Shown: positions 1-14,952, counted from the stretch's first letter. The stretch: 64,000 bases of DNA from Zootoca vivipara (GCF_963506605.1 NC_083283.1:56916001-56980000); one strand, 5' to 3'. Made by a program: numbers and translations. The notes: a model not told the origin generated them from the sequence alone.

Positions 1-1194
1 TGATATGGAAATTAGCTGGCAAGTCTGCTATTTGACTATTGATAAATAAATACTGTATGCATTAATGCAACACTTAACTTTCTCAGGCTGTCAGGCTGTA
101 TTGTTTTTTTAACTTGAAACACTTGCTAATAAAACAACTTTAGTAAGCTTTTTCGGTGTTACAGGAAAAAAGACAGATGAATAATATTTCTAACCTTTTA
201 AACTTCAACATATTATCGTTTTCAACCATGCACCACAAATAAGACAGGAAGCAGAAATGTAAACAGGGAGTTTCAACCAAGTTTACATCGTGTGAGTTAG
301 TAGATCTTTGCACAGCACACTGGTAAAGATCACTACAAGCTAATGATGGAAATCAAAGAACAAAAAAAGATGCAGCAAAGGTTTTGCAAAAAAGAAAAAT
401 CCTTTTTGGGAAAAAGATGCAGCAGAAAATGTTCTGAACAATAGAATAATAAACCAACTTGCACACTGAGAAAAATGCTATTTCCTCCAATTCCAAAATA
501 TAAGGAATGTAAAATACTTTGCAGCCTCTTAAAAAAAGTGCCTCCTCTTGCAATCCATTCTCTTCTGGCTGCTTCAAGTCTTGCAACAGATTCAAACCTA
601 TTATAGGCTTGGATTATATTTAATCTCTGTGGCAGAGTTGTCACACACAAACCCATCTGTTCAGCTCTAAAATGCAATAGCAACATCTGCAGGTGCCATA
701 TCTCATAAATCACCTGGATTTTATTTTTCATCTCCTACAATTTACCAGATGCTGGCAAGGGAAGTTGAAACAACCTGGCTATGGAACTCTTACTCTTGAA
801 CTTCAGGCATGAGAAGAATGCAACATTATTACTGAGTGCATAAAAGGGGGAATAAAGATCAATTAAGAATGTGCACATCAAGGGACCTAAAAATTGGCCA
901 GGAAAGCTAACATAGAATAATATTTGGAAGATAAAATGTGTGGAAAGGAGTAAAAACTTGCTTGAGGAGCAAACCTGAATGCATCTTTTTCCTCAGTCAG
1001 TGTTAACACTGAAGTGGGATTTTATTATTATGAAAAATGTAGCACAGGCATCGTCTTCGTAGAAATGATAATCATGCATTCATTTCTAACACAACAAAAA
1101 TATTAAAAAGGCAAAAAGTAAAAATAAAAAGCAGTGCAGAACAGATGGAGTTCAGATGGCAACCTCATGCAGCTTGGGTTTGTAAAGTACATAC

Positions 1195-1248
1195 CCAGAA
1201 AGGATCTCTTGGGAGGTGTTTTGATTTCTTCATCCTTACTATCTGCAG
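1195..1248 (-). CDS. SLC66A2: SLC66A2/PQLC1 coding exon (54 nt, symmetric phase 1-1): (A)ADSKDEEIKTPPKRSFL(D)
   Basis: Minus strand reads ttttaatgtag|CTGCAGATAGTAAGGATGAAGAA...TCCTTTCTGG|gtatgt. The peptide matches the recalled PQLC1 segment AADSKDEEVKVAPRRSFLD and the phase fits the exon at 4417-4550. Not in the ORF track. Confidence 0.93.
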
Positions 1249-1561
1249 CTACATTAAAACATTGAAGAGAAAGCAAAGACAAAACAGACTAGTTGACTCC
1301 ATATAATAGCCAGCCTCTTAATTTGCTCTAAATTAGTTCAGGGTTAGTATATAATGCTGGTAGTCATGCTGGAAGGATTTGGTTATTTTAGTTCCTGTGC
1401 GTGCTGTCTACAAAACATTCTCCCCTGGAGTTTGAAGCTAGATACAATAATAATTGAGTCACAACGCACTGCTAAAAAAAATCTGAGAAATAATCTGAAA
1501 TACCGGTATATATTTACATAAACATATAGAATCCACAGCTTGAGCAAGTATTTAATGCAGT

Positions 1562-1797
1562 GTTGTTGTTGTTGTTTAGTCGTTTAGTCGTGTCCGACTC
1601 TTCGTGACCCCATGGACCACAGCACGCCAGGCACTCCTGTCTTGCACTGCCTCCTGCAGTTTGGTCAAACTTATGTTCGTAGCTTCGAGAACACTGTCCA
1701 ACCATCTCGTCCTCTGTCGTCCCCTTCTCCTAGTGCCCTCAATCTTTCCCAACATCAGGGTCTTTTCCAAGGATTCTTCTCTTCTCATTAGGTGGCC
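1562..1797 (-). mobile_element. 5'-truncated Bov-B (RTE-clade) LINE with (CAA)n tail and 8-bp TSD AATGCAGT (1554-1561 / 1798-1805)
   Basis: Encodes EKTLMLGKIEG.RRRGRQRTRWLD...WRA.VHGVTKSRTRL, the Bov-B C-terminus. Confidence 0.93.
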
Positions 1798-2964
1798 AAT
1801 GCAGTATATACATCAATACCAAACATGGATTATGTTGTCTTTTTACACTACTCTTAAATAAAATTTAACAGAATGTTTCACTTATGGAAGTTAAAACAGC
1901 ATGAAAGAGTTTACCCTCAGCATTTTGATAAATATTACTTAGAGATAGATTGCTTGATTGTAAATCAGTGACCATGTACATTGCATGTTCCATGTTCAAA
2001 CTTCAGTGAGTTACATACTATTGGATTCTTTGCTATTTCACTCGACTTGAGATAAACAGTTGCACACACTTCCTCACAGTGCTACGAAACCAACAATTAC
2101 TGAATTTAAACTCTATAGCCATGATTGTGTATATTCTGTGCTTAACACAATTAAATTCTGGGCAGCTACCTCAATTCTGCATTCTGTAAATTATTAATTC
2201 TGTATAAGTTTTGCAAATCAAGGAATTTAATATGGTTTCAGAGTTTCTGTTACTTTATTTTGCTTCTTCTAAGGAAACAACAAAATCAATGTTCTAGTCA
2301 GCTCCATGGCTGAATTAACCTTGATTCTACCTGCACACTGGCTAGCCTAACTTTGCGTTCTAATACCTGGGCTACAAATACACTTAAATATATATTTACT
2401 CAGTACTGTATACCAAATCTGAACAATTGTACAGCTTTTCTACACTGGAACACCGTGACCTAGCTAGTACAGGCTAGTCAATTAAGTGCAAAAACAGACA
2501 GATCACAATTACATATATATCTATTCAGAAGCAAGCCTCATTGAGTTCAGTGGGACTTATACCAAGGTAATCATATACAGCACTGTAGCCTTAGTGTTTG
2601 CTACAGCTAGGGGTGTTTCAAGTGTTCATTTTCTTTCTTCTTCTTCTTCGTCTGCAACATAGCAGGCATATCAGAAACTCACAGGTATCAACTGTGATAC
2701 ATTCCAAGATTCAAAGTCTTGAATTTTGAGGAAACAGATGCCAACAGGGTTTTGAAATGGGAGCTCTCTGTACACATTGCTCCAGAAAGTAAAGTATTAC
2801 CACAAAGGTGAAAAGGGGCATGATATTTATTGTGCAAACACAATTAAATGTGCAGGTTCTTGTTATGTAAACAGCAATCACAGTAAAGTGTGAGAATCCA
2901 ATGGAAGCTTTCCTTTAATTGAAAACAGCATTAAACTGTGGCTGGGAAATAAAAGGTTAAACTA

Positions 2965-3145
2965 CCGTATATTCCGGTGTATAAGACGACTGGGCATATA
3001 AGACAACCCCCAACTTTTCCAGTTAAAATATAAAGTTTGGGATATACTCACCGTATAAGAAATACGACCCGGCATAAAGATGACCCCCGACTTTTAGGAA
3101 GATTTTCCTGGGTTAAAAAGTAGTCTTATACGCAGGAATATACAG
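2965..3145. mobile_element. Tc1/mariner-pogo (Tc2-like) MITE with TA TSD
   Basis: ta|CCGTATATTCCGGTGTATAAGAC ... GTCTTATACGCAGGAATATACAG|ta imperfect TIRs. Confidence 0.8.
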
Positions 3146-4246
3146 TACCCCTCCCCACCCTTCATGATCCCAAACCTACTCAAGCTTTCCTGTGGCTCCT
3201 ATTTCCATAACAAAAGGCATGTACATTATTTGCATTCACACAATTAACACAACATCTAATTTAGCTCTAAAGCAGCTGGAAGTTGCACTTGTATGAGCAC
3301 TATGATTTTGGGGGGGTTAGGCTGTACTTGTAAAGAGAATTATTTCCAGAGCGAAAAGGAACCCAGCAGGAGGAATGGCTCTCTAGTCCAGTACTGTTGG
3401 TCTGATAACTATATCAATGTGATGGAGAAAATGTAAGGGGGAAACTTTTATTTATCTAATTTCAGCCATGACCCCCAGAAGTCCATACAAAAGCAGATCA
3501 GAAGTTGCTCGCAATTTCAACAGTTATTTCCAGCTTCCTAAAATTATCTTCTTAAAAGATACTTAATTGGAGTTAACAGAAAAACATCTCTTCCTACCAT
3601 CTTTCCCTATTCCTCTTGGGGAAAAGGGTGTTTCTCCATTATACGCAAAGGAATAAATACAATCAAGGAATACCTTGTGCTGATCACTTCCATGGTGCCA
3701 GCATTCAGAAGAAAAGCTCCAAAGGATCCCCCCCCATCTGACCCAAATACAAGCAGAGTGAGTTTTGTGCTACAATATGCTTGTCTCTCACATTATCTCA
3801 TAGCAAAGAAGGAATCTTGAAACTATTTCATTTGAAAATGTAAATGTCCTAGGCCAAGCAATTCATAAATTAAGGCAGCTATCTTGCATTTTAGGATTGC
3901 AGCATTTTCTTTTTTAAGTAAGCATATATTGAAGAATCAAAGCAAACTGACAACCAACAAAGACGTAATCAAAACAAAATAAAACTACAACCTGGAAAGT
4001 ATCTGGTTGCTCTTAGGACTGGAGATCAAAAAGTGAGACCACCCTTCTTCTACAGGCAAAATACCATTTTGTTCTGCAATTATCCCAGAGCTCAACTGAA
4101 TTAACTTTTGCAACAAAACATGATGCCAACTACTGAATAGGATTTGGCATATTCATAACAAAGCATTTTTTAAACAAATAACAAATTCCCCCCCCCAAAA
4201 AAAAGCCCATTGCCACAAGTCAGGCTGAATGTTCTTTTAGTACAGT

Positions 4247-4253
4247 ATTATTA

Positions 4254-4289
<36 letters not shown>
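4247..4289. repeat. (ATT)n microsatellite
   Basis: Seen directly. Confidence 0.9.
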
Positions 4290-4333
4290 TTAAAGACAGT
4301 ATTATATAACATGTGCCAAATTATTACAGTTCA

Positions 4334-4570
<237 letters not shown>

Positions 4571-4684
4571 TCAAATCGTGACCATTCATTCTACCAACTG
4601 CAACAGAAATAGTCACACACAAACAAATGTGGATCAAATAATTCCACTTGGACTATGCCAATACATTTATACTCCATACTAGCC

Positions 4685-4983
4685 CAAGTGTGGCACTGTG
4701 GGTTAAACCACAGAGCCTAGGGCTTGCCGATCAGAAGGTCGGCGGTTCGAATCCCCGCGACAGGGTGAGCTCCCGTTGCTCGGTGCCAGCTCCTGCCAAC
4801 CTAGCAGTTCGAAAGTACATCAAAGTGCAAGTAGATAAATAGCGGGAAGGTAAACAGTGTTTCTGTGTGCTGCTCTGGTTCACCATGACCTGGAAGCTGT
4901 ACGCCAATAGCGCGAGATGAGCGCCGCAACCCCAGAGTTAGTCATGACTGGACCTAATGGTTAGGGGTCCCTTTACCTTTACC
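4685..4983 (+). mobile_element. Sauria SINE (internally deleted) with (ACCTTT) tail
   Basis: tRNA-like head (B box GGTTCGAATCC), Sauria SINE body and cctttacctttac tail. Confidence 0.88.
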
Positions 4984-7508
4984 AGGACTTTTCAAATGTG
5001 GATGTGCACTTCTTTCTAGGGGCATAGGTTCCCCCCAGTGGAGATGTAAAGGTTTTTTTTTCCAGGTCCACCCTACGTGTCTCTTTCTGACCAGGCATCA
5101 GAGTAAAACCTTCTTGTGGGTTGATTACATTGCAAGCTGCTCAAAGCATGGAAGTCAACAACGTTTACTTTTACAATCAATTTACAAAATACAGTGAGTA
5201 AAGGTAGAAAAGGATTTTGAGGATATTAATTTTGTTAAAACCACCCCACAATCCAAGGAAACAATCCCATAGGAGTTGCTTAGCTGGGTGGCTATCCTTT
5301 GTGTTAACTAAATGATTCATTACAGTGTTCAAAACTCCCATTGTTCTAGGCGCATTTTGTGACCAGGAATTTCATTGGCGCGAGCAGTTTCTGAGCTCTG
5401 GGCGCAGTAGTGCGCCTAAGATTTCAGATTAAAACTGCAGAGTGGAAGGAAAGGAGGACCTTTTTCTGCCCACCCACTTCCAGCTACTCTCTGAAGACTG
5501 GAGAAGAGACCCTTTTGAGAATATTAGGGAGGTGGGTAGGAGAATGGCTAGACCATGTGAAAAATGAATATAATATTTTAGCTGCAGTTCATTCATTTTT
5601 AGCTTTGTATTCTTCTTATAAAAAAAGTGCCTCTGGACATTCCATTGTTGTGCCTATAACCTAGGTTTAAGGTGCCATTTAGCTCCTAGCTTTCCTGTCA
5701 GCTTCTAACACTGATTCTTTGGGGAAATGGTGAAATAGGAGGATTTTTTAAGGATATTTACAGTGAAATGGTTGAGATTATGTGGATATGACTGCTTTTC
5801 TTCTGTGCTTCTTGGGGTCACGTGATACAAATGAAGTTATTTAGGGGTAGTACTTCATCTCCTCAAGAACTGCTTTTAACTAGAAGATGCTTTCCCGTAA
5901 GTTTAAACTGATGTACTGTATAAAATTCAGTCTCTCTAATGAAAACCACTAGAGGGAGGTCTCTTCACTTCCTAAGGTTTAAAAATAATAATTGAAAGAC
6001 AGACTCATAGCAACAACTAACTTCCAAAAGATTATCTTAAATATATATTGCACATGCACAAACTTACTGGTTACCCAACCATGTGAATGTGTGCAATATG
6101 TGCAATCCTTTCCCTGATTTCAGACAAATGGGGATTTGCTGCAGTTACCAAGGGACAAGTCACACCCAACATGCTGAAAATCACATAGATACTGCACTTA
6201 ATCTCTGCAAACCTCTCACCTTAAAAATGGTAACAGAGATAATGCTATATGCACATACAACCTGTGTCACATGCTATGCACTATACTGGAAATGGGGAGG
6301 GGCTGTTTTCTGATGTACAGCATGTGTATTAGGGGAGAGTTTCAGCAAGCCTACAGTGGTGAAGGAAAGGTTTCTGCATGATACTTATCACTCTTTATTA
6401 TTCTCTCATCCAAAACTGAGCTTTAGTTTAATCAAATTCTAAGTTAGGTTCCAAGTGGGGTGGGGAGGGAGAGAAAACGAACCAAGAAACTTCACTGAAA
6501 ACACTACACCATATATAGCAGATTCTTTTAGTTCGGTCCTCCTCCTTTCCAAACTCAAACAAGCTTCCCACAGTTATAGCACATGATGTTCACAAATCTT
6601 CTAGTACTTTGAGAGGACTTGCTAGAAATGATATGTTTATGAACAGTGTCGCTTCTGTAAGCAAGTTTAGAAGATAGTAGGAAGAGCAATTGGTTGTGTG
6701 GCAGATGAGGAGACTGAAGACTGGTAAGAAGGCCTAGGATGTGTTGTTGGTTTTTTTAAGGTAAGGGACAGGGGTCCAAAGTTAGGGTAGCTTATAAAAG
6801 AACCATAGCAACAGTAGGCTAAAAATAGGCAGCTACGTATCTTCAATAAGTATTATTGAGGGCCAGGCAAAAATTAATTTAGGAAGCATAGGGAATCAAC
6901 TAAGAGTGAAATTAAGAAACAAGCCATCCAAAAGAAATTAATTTACTACTGTCTTTTAGCTATGTTTCCTGTGGATCAGGATTTGGCTATCAGCCAAATG
7001 TTACTGGATAGTCTACCTTTTATGACTGCATTAAATCCTAATCATAAAACCTGGGCATGACCTTCAATAAGAACTGGCTGCTATTCAAATTCTTCTTCCT
7101 GAATTGCATAGAAGCCTCCATAATCCCCTAATAAATCTCATGGGTAAGCACATGCAAAATTGAAGGCTTATAAAAGAAAAAAAAAGCTGTATCATTCGCT
7201 GACTATTCTGAAGACTATTGGATCTGTAATATTTGCAGTTCTACGTATACAGTATTGCAGTTAGTGCCAGTTTAATGTATTTCATTATCCTAAATTCAGT
7301 TATGGTCTATGACCAAAAGGCAAATGAACTGTAGGAAACATATGCCTGAAAATTGGAGGCTCCCACTTTCAACTTAATTTTTTTAAGGAGTCTTAAATCG
7401 TAACAATCACACTTCTCCATAAAAACCCTCTGTTATCCTTTGCTAATTCAATTTACTTTCTGTCATCATCACACCCTCCATTATGTAGACATGTAGCAGG
7501 CACTAGCA

Positions 7509-7925
7509 CAGGGGTGAGAAACCTCCAGTTCACAGGCCTAATTAGAGACAGCACAGGTCCCCAATTGACCCGACAGACAGTTTTCCACACCACACTTGCT
7601 CCTGATTGTGAACTAGCAAGGCAGCTTTGCTGCCATCACAAATCAGCTGGTAGATGCAGACTTCAAGCCTGCTGAGGTTGGCTAAGCTACCTGAACTCTC
7701 CATAGGGAACTCCGTGGTGAGCATATCCCAACAGAAAAGTAGAGCTTGAAGTCAGCATCAAACAGCTAATCGACAGTCACTTCAAGCCCTGCTTGGCTGG
7801 GTTTGGATGCTCATTTATGTCAGCTGATTTGACTGGTGGGGAGGTACTTCTGACCTCTCAAACTGGCCTGAAGGTAGAGGAACCTACAACCTAGCCTCCT
7901 GATTAGAGCCAATTCCCCACTCCTC
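7509..7925. mobile_element. Non-autonomous hAT element with exact 8-bp TSD CACTAGCA
   Basis: Begins CAGGGGTGAGAA and ends TTCCCCACTCCTC. Direct repeats at 7501-7508 and 7926-7933. Confidence 0.75.
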
Positions 7926-9751
7926 CACTAGCATAGTACAAACTCCCTAAGTAGATCAATGGTCCGTCTAGACCAGTATCCCCTCTCTCTGAGTAGACAA
8001 TACTGGTGTTCAAAGGAAGGGTGCAAAAGCAACGAACACTAATCTATTACTCTAGTTCCTGTTTTCAGTTCCAGTTCCAGCACCAATCTATATAAATTCT
8101 GGAGAAAAACTGCCAGGTATATTGCTCTTATCAAGCTAGGCAACAGATGGAAATGGGACCAAATAAATTCTGGGAAATGTGTTATGTGGTATAGTAGTGG
8201 GTGGGACAACTGTAGTGTCCCCCATGTGTGAGGAGAATGCTTCCACTCAAACATGGATATCATTAAATCCAAGCCTATAATTTATTACAGTTCAACTAGC
8301 ACTGAGGTTCCAAAACAGCTATAAATTACAACAGGTTTGTCACGCAATGTCATTTGCTCGTTTGCAAAGATAAAGAAGCACATATTAAAATTTAACAAAA
8401 AATGGATCCAGTTTTCACAAAGCATGGCAGAATAGTAAGCCTACCTTTAAGAAACAGTAAGTGATGTTGCTGTGGACCCCAGCGGCTATTTGAAATATAG
8501 CAAACCTGAACGTCTTCATACTCCATGGATGGGATTCATTCAAATAATAAGCCACGGCCACACACAAGGACTTCCACTAGCATAGAGGCTTCCACCCCGC
8601 TCCCCTCACTCTCCCCAAATCGGCTTGGAGAACCCCTAGAACAGCACGTGGGGGAGAAGAGGGCAGACCATTCTATCAGAAAAGCAGAACTGCTTGCAGC
8701 AATGAAGCAATCTGCTTAGCATTACACTGAGTTCTTCCCCATCTCTCCAACAGTTATAGGATCAGTTTTCCCATGGTATTTCAGCTCCCCCCTCCTTAAT
8801 TCCTTTTTAAAAAAAAGTTTAAATCCATTTTAACTTATTAAGCTACTGGAGGCCTGATTTATCTCTACTGAAATGGAAGAGAAAGTGACACTACTTTGGC
8901 CCTATGGATAGTGGACTAAAAGTACCATCAGCCCAAGCATGGCCGACAGTACTAGACCTGGAGTCCCAAATCATCTAGATGCATCTGATCCCTGATGGTT
9001 TTCAGGGTGTAACTGGAGTCCACTCTTATCTCCACCAATTTGTCAAAATATACCACTCAGAGGTCTAGTAAACACTATTTTATTTATTTAACAAAGTTTA
9101 TATACTGCTTGATTATATAACCACTAAGCAGTTTACAAGTACATAAACTTAGTAAATAAATAACTGAATGATTGGTGGGAACTTTGCCTCCATTATAAAT
9201 TCAATTTTTATACTGCTACAAAACTTCAGAAACACTGTAGTAGTAGTTTATTGAGCTAGGTGCTCTCTTCAACACAAGAGTTTTAAAACCAGTTAAAATT
9301 ACGGTGTCAAATGTATCTCAGCAGTTTTGCTGTTAGACAACATTTTTCTGTTTAAAAAACCCCTGAATCCAATTGTGGTCTTTCTTTCCAGCTAGAATTT
9401 AGAGGGTCCAGTGAACCCCACAGTAGATGGATACTGTTGAAATAAAAAAGTGGCAGAGAGTTAACCTTGGATCTCTGCTGCTTCTCCTAACCCTTCCTTG
9501 TGTCCCTTCCACCCCACTCAATATTCCTGAGATGTCTTTAAAGATTGCAAGCTTCTATTTCTATGCTTTGTTCTTTTAAGCCTAATTTACACTATGGCAC
9601 CTAATGCTGAGACATTTCACTATAATATTATTAATGAAAAAATATTATTTTTAGCTTTGACCCAGAAATTCTTAATAAGCAAGACATTTCATTACCCTTG
9701 GGTGGCCTCAGTCATTTTTTTTACAGTTTCCCAGATGTCAGTATGTGACCT

Positions 9752-9754
<3 letters not shown>

Positions 9755-9808
<54 letters not shown>
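9755..9808. repeat. (TC)n microsatellite
   Basis: Seen directly; it explains the SLSL/ERER ORFs. Confidence 0.95.
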
Positions 9809-9812
<4 letters not shown>

Positions 9813-10759
9813 TCCCCCCCCCACACAAACACTGCTGAGAAGCAACATGAGTTGTTCCATCCTTTGACAAATCTGTCCTGCCCACCCATAAATAAATTAT
9901 AAATATGGAATGTGAAACCGAGAGAGGTTTCTCCCCCCACCCCAAGAATGAGATATATGAGTAATATATTCTCCCTACCACTACCAAACTGACTCTACTT
10001 GGCTTCTTCTTTGCTCACTCATACAATTTCCCCCTGAAAACCTGTCATAAATCAACCTTGCCCCATTGACATTTAAAATAAGCATAGCTGGGAGTAGTTT
10101 GGCTACTCAGATTGCATTGCCTGTCTCCCAGTCACTGCTGTAGAGAGATGCTGGAAGATGCTTCTAACAGACTAGACAATACCTCTTGCCTGAAGTATGC
10201 CTCTATGTCTTACCAAACCTCACTTCCCCAAACTTGGGTGGGTGGGTTTTTAATTCATTGTGGCTCTTTGCCTTCTCTTTCCTGTAAGCCTTTTCCTGAC
10301 TAAATTCTGCCCTAAATTTCTTCCCAGTCCTGTTTGTTTCCTTCCAGCCTATCTGCCCTAGTTTCATTAAATCTCTGCAACCAAAACTTAATCCACCTCA
10401 GGTCCTGCAGCAATAAATGCTGCTCGTTACAGCAAGCATCCCAGACCTTTTCCTCATTTTTTCACTCCAACAAGTTCCTGGGGAGCAAAGTTTGCATCGT
10501 CCTCTCTACAGCTTGAGCCTTTTTTAGACTTCCCCAAAGTTTTCCCTTACCACCATTATGCCAAACCAGTTAATTTGTGGAGGGAAAGTTAGGTCAATAT
10601 GATGAATTTTTAGCTGAGACGCAGGTCTTTCAAACAAACTCCATGAAACAGTTTTTAGATTGAGTTTACAAAGTCTGGTCCATAGCATTACTGATAATCA
10701 ATTAAGATGCAATTTCCATCAGCATCAGAAGTTCTATAATTTAAGAATGAACATCATAG

Positions 10760-10901
10760 AATTGGCTCAGACAGAGCAAAGTGCAAGACTTTTAATCTCA
10801 GGTTTGTGGGTTCAAGCCCCATGTCAGGCAAAAGATTCCTGTGTTGCAGGAGGTTGGACTAGATGACCCTTGTGGTCCCTTCCAACTCTATGATTCTATG
10901 A
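10760..10901 (+). mobile_element. tRNA-derived SINE with a CR1-type 3' tail
   Basis: tRNA-like head (ggctcag...gggttcaagcccc) followed by ggactagatgacc...ggtcccttccaactctatgattctatg. Confidence 0.7.
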
Positions 10902-13900
10902 AACAGAAATAAACACATCTATGAAATTTTGACCATTAGTAGAAGCATAGCAGAAGCATAACCACACAATGGATAACAACTGACTAACTATTGTGCTGAT
11001 TAAAAGCCAGTTTATGCTGATTCAAGTAGCAAAGCTTTCTCTGTCATCACTGAACTCTCAACAACTTTTAAACAGGGAAAGGTATAAATGAAAATCCAAT
11101 TACAATTCCGCATGTTTAAAAAGTGACTGATGAGTTAATATTTTTGACCTACAACACACACCACTAAAAAGCTACTGTAAGAGCACCCATCTTATTCTCC
11201 TTCAGGAGACACAAGATGAATTTGGACAGTGGCCAATCCTCTGAAGGTCAGATGCAGGATTTACAGTGCAATCCAATGCAATCAACAGAGAAGAATACTC
11301 TTCAGTAACATTTGGCTTGTGTCCAAATTCCTGGTTTCACATTACATCTATGAGAGCTATAGCAATCCGACCTAAATGGCCATCCATAAACAAATTAAAA
11401 TCGGGGGATGGGTTATTTCCCCAAGATTCATGGATCAATAAATAAATAGTTTCATTGCAAGACTTTGGCATGGGGGAAACACTCCTTAAGATCAGTAATA
11501 AGATGATGAGAGTGCACTGACCAGGACCAGAGTGATGGTGGAGAAACACTGGCATAGAGGTAAAACTGAGTTACTCATTCACTGACTTAAGGTCCCAAAC
11601 TCCCTAAGCCCAGTGTTCATTTGACATTAAGATCAAATATTGAAATTGTACATTACAATAATCCTAGGGCAAACCCAGTTACCAAACCAAGCACTAAATT
11701 GTTACCACTCTAAACACAAATGCCTATCCACTTTACTGTGTTTGCCACAGACAAATACGGCTTATCAAAATGAAAGGGGCATGTTTATTTCCTGTGTCTT
11801 TTCTCACATGTTTCCCAGAACTTAGAACAAACACCATGGCTGTCCTTTGATAGGGGGCAAGGGCAGGGAGCAGCGGGGAAATTTTAAAAATACAGATGCA
11901 TTTTCCAACACTGCATCAAAAGAGTACGATTAGTTGTCTGACCTTGTGTGAGGGCGACAAGAGCAGTATAAGGGCTCAAAAGAGGTCCCCAGAATGTGCT
12001 TCTTGAACAGTATTTATTTAATACACTGCAGACTGTCACCTTGAAGTACCTACCTCTGACATAGAACAATACCTGCTAGGAGTCACATTGCTAGAAAAAT
12101 AATGGTGTGAATTCAGATTTCTGTGAAAAAATGTTTAGAGGACAGGAAGTTAAAACTACTTGTTTTTGTATCTCTTGCAGACAGCAGAACCGCATACTGT
12201 ACTACTATCCCAGAAAAACAGTAGTAATAATTTTAAATATTAGATTTGTGACAGAACTATTAAATTATAACATTATTTTCCCAGAGAGGTGGCTGTGTTA
12301 ATTTGCTGTAGCAAAAACAAAAACATTTTGTGAAGCCTTAAAGATTATCAAATTTATAATGACACAAGCTTTTGTGAACTAAAGTCCACATAATCAGATC
12401 ATTCTTCTTATGTTTCCTTTGTGGTAGGAACTTTCCCGGTTTATGATGTTTACATTTTATGCAGGTATAATGAATCAATGTTCCAAATAAAAACGTAACT
12501 ATACAAATAGACCAAAGCAGTAAATAAACATAAGGCTAGAAGAAAAAATGTCATGTGTTATAGGGTGACAATAGAACCAAGCAGCATGTCAAAGCAATGG
12601 TTGGACCCAATGACAAAATACTCTTGCACTATACTGTAAAATATGTTAACTTGTAATAGCTATTTGAGACATATCAGGGTGACATGCACTACACATCTAG
12701 CTAGCTATGGCGTTTCAAGCAAAAGTTTGCAGACATAGGAAATAATCCAAAAGAGTCTTGCAAAGAGTCACTCAAACACGGTGGGTTTGTTTGTGTATCT
12801 CTATTTCTATCCAACAAGTTACTGTAAATATCTCAAGTGCCTAATTCCAAGTGGTGCATGGGCAGGATAAACATTTTATATAAACAAATAATAAAATAGT
12901 TACAAAACCATGAAGCTATAACCACTGGGGGAAAAGGAAGCAACACCAGATTTGCCAGTTGCACTCATTGCTCCAATTAACTATACCAGCCTTCGTCAAC
13001 TTGCTGCCCTCCAGGTGTTGTTGGACTACAACTCCCATCAACCCTCACTCCTCGGTCGAGCTGGCTGGGGCCAACGGGAGTTGTAATCTAAATATCTGGA
13101 GGGTATCGGGATGGGAAAGGCCAACTTCCACAACTGACCTCTATTATTTAGAAATTAGGAAGTTTTAGGATCTTGATGCAAGAAAGCTATGTGGAACAAT
13201 CTTCTTTGAGGTTGATGGGTGGGGCGTCAATCCACTACTCTCTGTCTCTTCCTCAAACTGAACTTCTCATAAAATGTGTTGTTGGTTAGGGATAGTGGCC
13301 AAAGTTAATTATATTTTATTATGAAGCAAAATTTACCATATAAAGGAATGGTTATGCTCTCTTTAATACTGAGGCCCATTTTGACACCTGTATAGTAAGA
13401 GCAGAAAAGTGGGAAATGTTTTAAGAACAGTAGGAGGGCCACAGATTGCACACATGAATATTGTAGCCCAGAAGATTTCTACAATAAATGACTACACATA
13501 TCAGCTGTTAGAGGACAGCCTCAAGATTAACTGTGTTACTTATAAGCATAACCTTCTAATAGATGTGCCAAAAAATTCACATTCTGTGGACTCTAGCCAT
13601 AACTGGAACAGTAGAAAGCAAAGCAAGAATCTATTTTGGGAACACGGTGCAAAGCAACACAAAATTAAAAATTAGGAAGACAAATCTCTTCAGCTCCAGA
13701 CCCTCAACCACTTACATAAAGAATCCTATGGATTAGATCCATACCAGGGCTGTAATCTAAACCACACTTACCTGGGAGTAAGCCCTATTTAATTCACAGG
13801 ACACACTCTAATAAGACATAGTTGGGCTTTTAGCTTTAGCCATGCCTACAGTAAATCCACTGAAATCAGTAAGCATGATTAAGTCTGGATCCAACCCTAT

Positions 13901-14055
13901 GTGTTTGCAGCCAAATGGATAACAACACAAAGAGGGTATACTTGGGCAACATAAAGCATGCTGTGACTCACATGGATAGCAAGAAATCTGTGAAACTATT
14001 TCTAGCTCAATATTCTGTTTATTTTATTCTTCCATTGTAAGTTTTATTTAAAAAT

Positions 14056-14082
14056 TGTGTGTGTGTGTGTGTGTGTGTGTGT
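14056..14082. repeat. (TG)n microsatellite
   Basis: Seen directly. Confidence 0.95.
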
Positions 14083-14952
14083 ATAATTAAAAGTTTTCAG
14101 ATTGGGAATCAAAATAGACTTTTCCATAATATTTTACTCTCTCTGCTGTTCTATTACTGACAGCCAATGTGTTGCACTTGAGAGTGGATTGGGCTTGGGA
14201 CCTAGAATCAAATCTAGGATGGATCCTTCTTCTACTTCAGTTTTGCATGACCAATGCAGAATTTATGAATGATAATTCACAAAGTTGTTCACAATCAACT
14301 ACCCAGTAAAAGAATTGTGAACTTCAAGCAGATTTCATGTTCCTTCTGCAAATATTTTTTGTGATATCAAAATGGCACTTATTCCCTTCATGCTCTCTGG
14401 TTTTAAAGTGCTGATTAGCCTTTGCAACACATTTAACTATCCACTTCCAAACTAGAAACTAGAACCTTATTACATTGTTTGCCAGTTTCATCTTCCAGAA
14501 TTGGCTGAGGCACCACCTGAGATTAAAAGACTCCATAGTAAACTTCAAGATCTGCTGTGGAAGTGACATTATTGGTTTGGTTTTGCTTTATTATGTATTT
14601 TGCATTCTCATCTTGTATTTTTCTGTTGTGAACCACAATGGGATACAAATGTAGTAAATAAGATTTTTTTAAATTTAGGTTTACACCTTGCTCTATTTTG
14701 ACAGCATGCACAGACCCAAATGTGGGTCTGTCTCCAACTCCAATATAAATTTGTGATGTGGCATCTTAATTTAAAACAAAGACAGGGACCCACAGGAACT
14801 AGAACTTTTACTTTCACTCAGAGCGAGTTTACTATACTGTACTAGAATTTGACACTACATTAAAAACATATTTCATTCTCAGCATCTCTCACATCAACAT
14901 CCAGAAACTCAAGAAGAGAGGAAACATTCAAAGTGGTACAAGAGTCAACTTA

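Noticed and set aside
333-731. 132-aa minus-strand ORF inside an SLC66A2 intron
   Set aside because: No recognisable domain, does not match the expected next PQLC1 exon (DFD..HFW), and has a low-complexity A/T-run C-terminus.
4735-4760. tRNA-like GGTTCGAATCC boxes (also at ~27205, ~43447 and ~10808)
   Set aside because: These are SINE heads; no complete cloverleaf is present.
9594-9987. ORFs with SLSLSL / ERERER runs
   Set aside because: These are translations of the (TC)n microsatellite.
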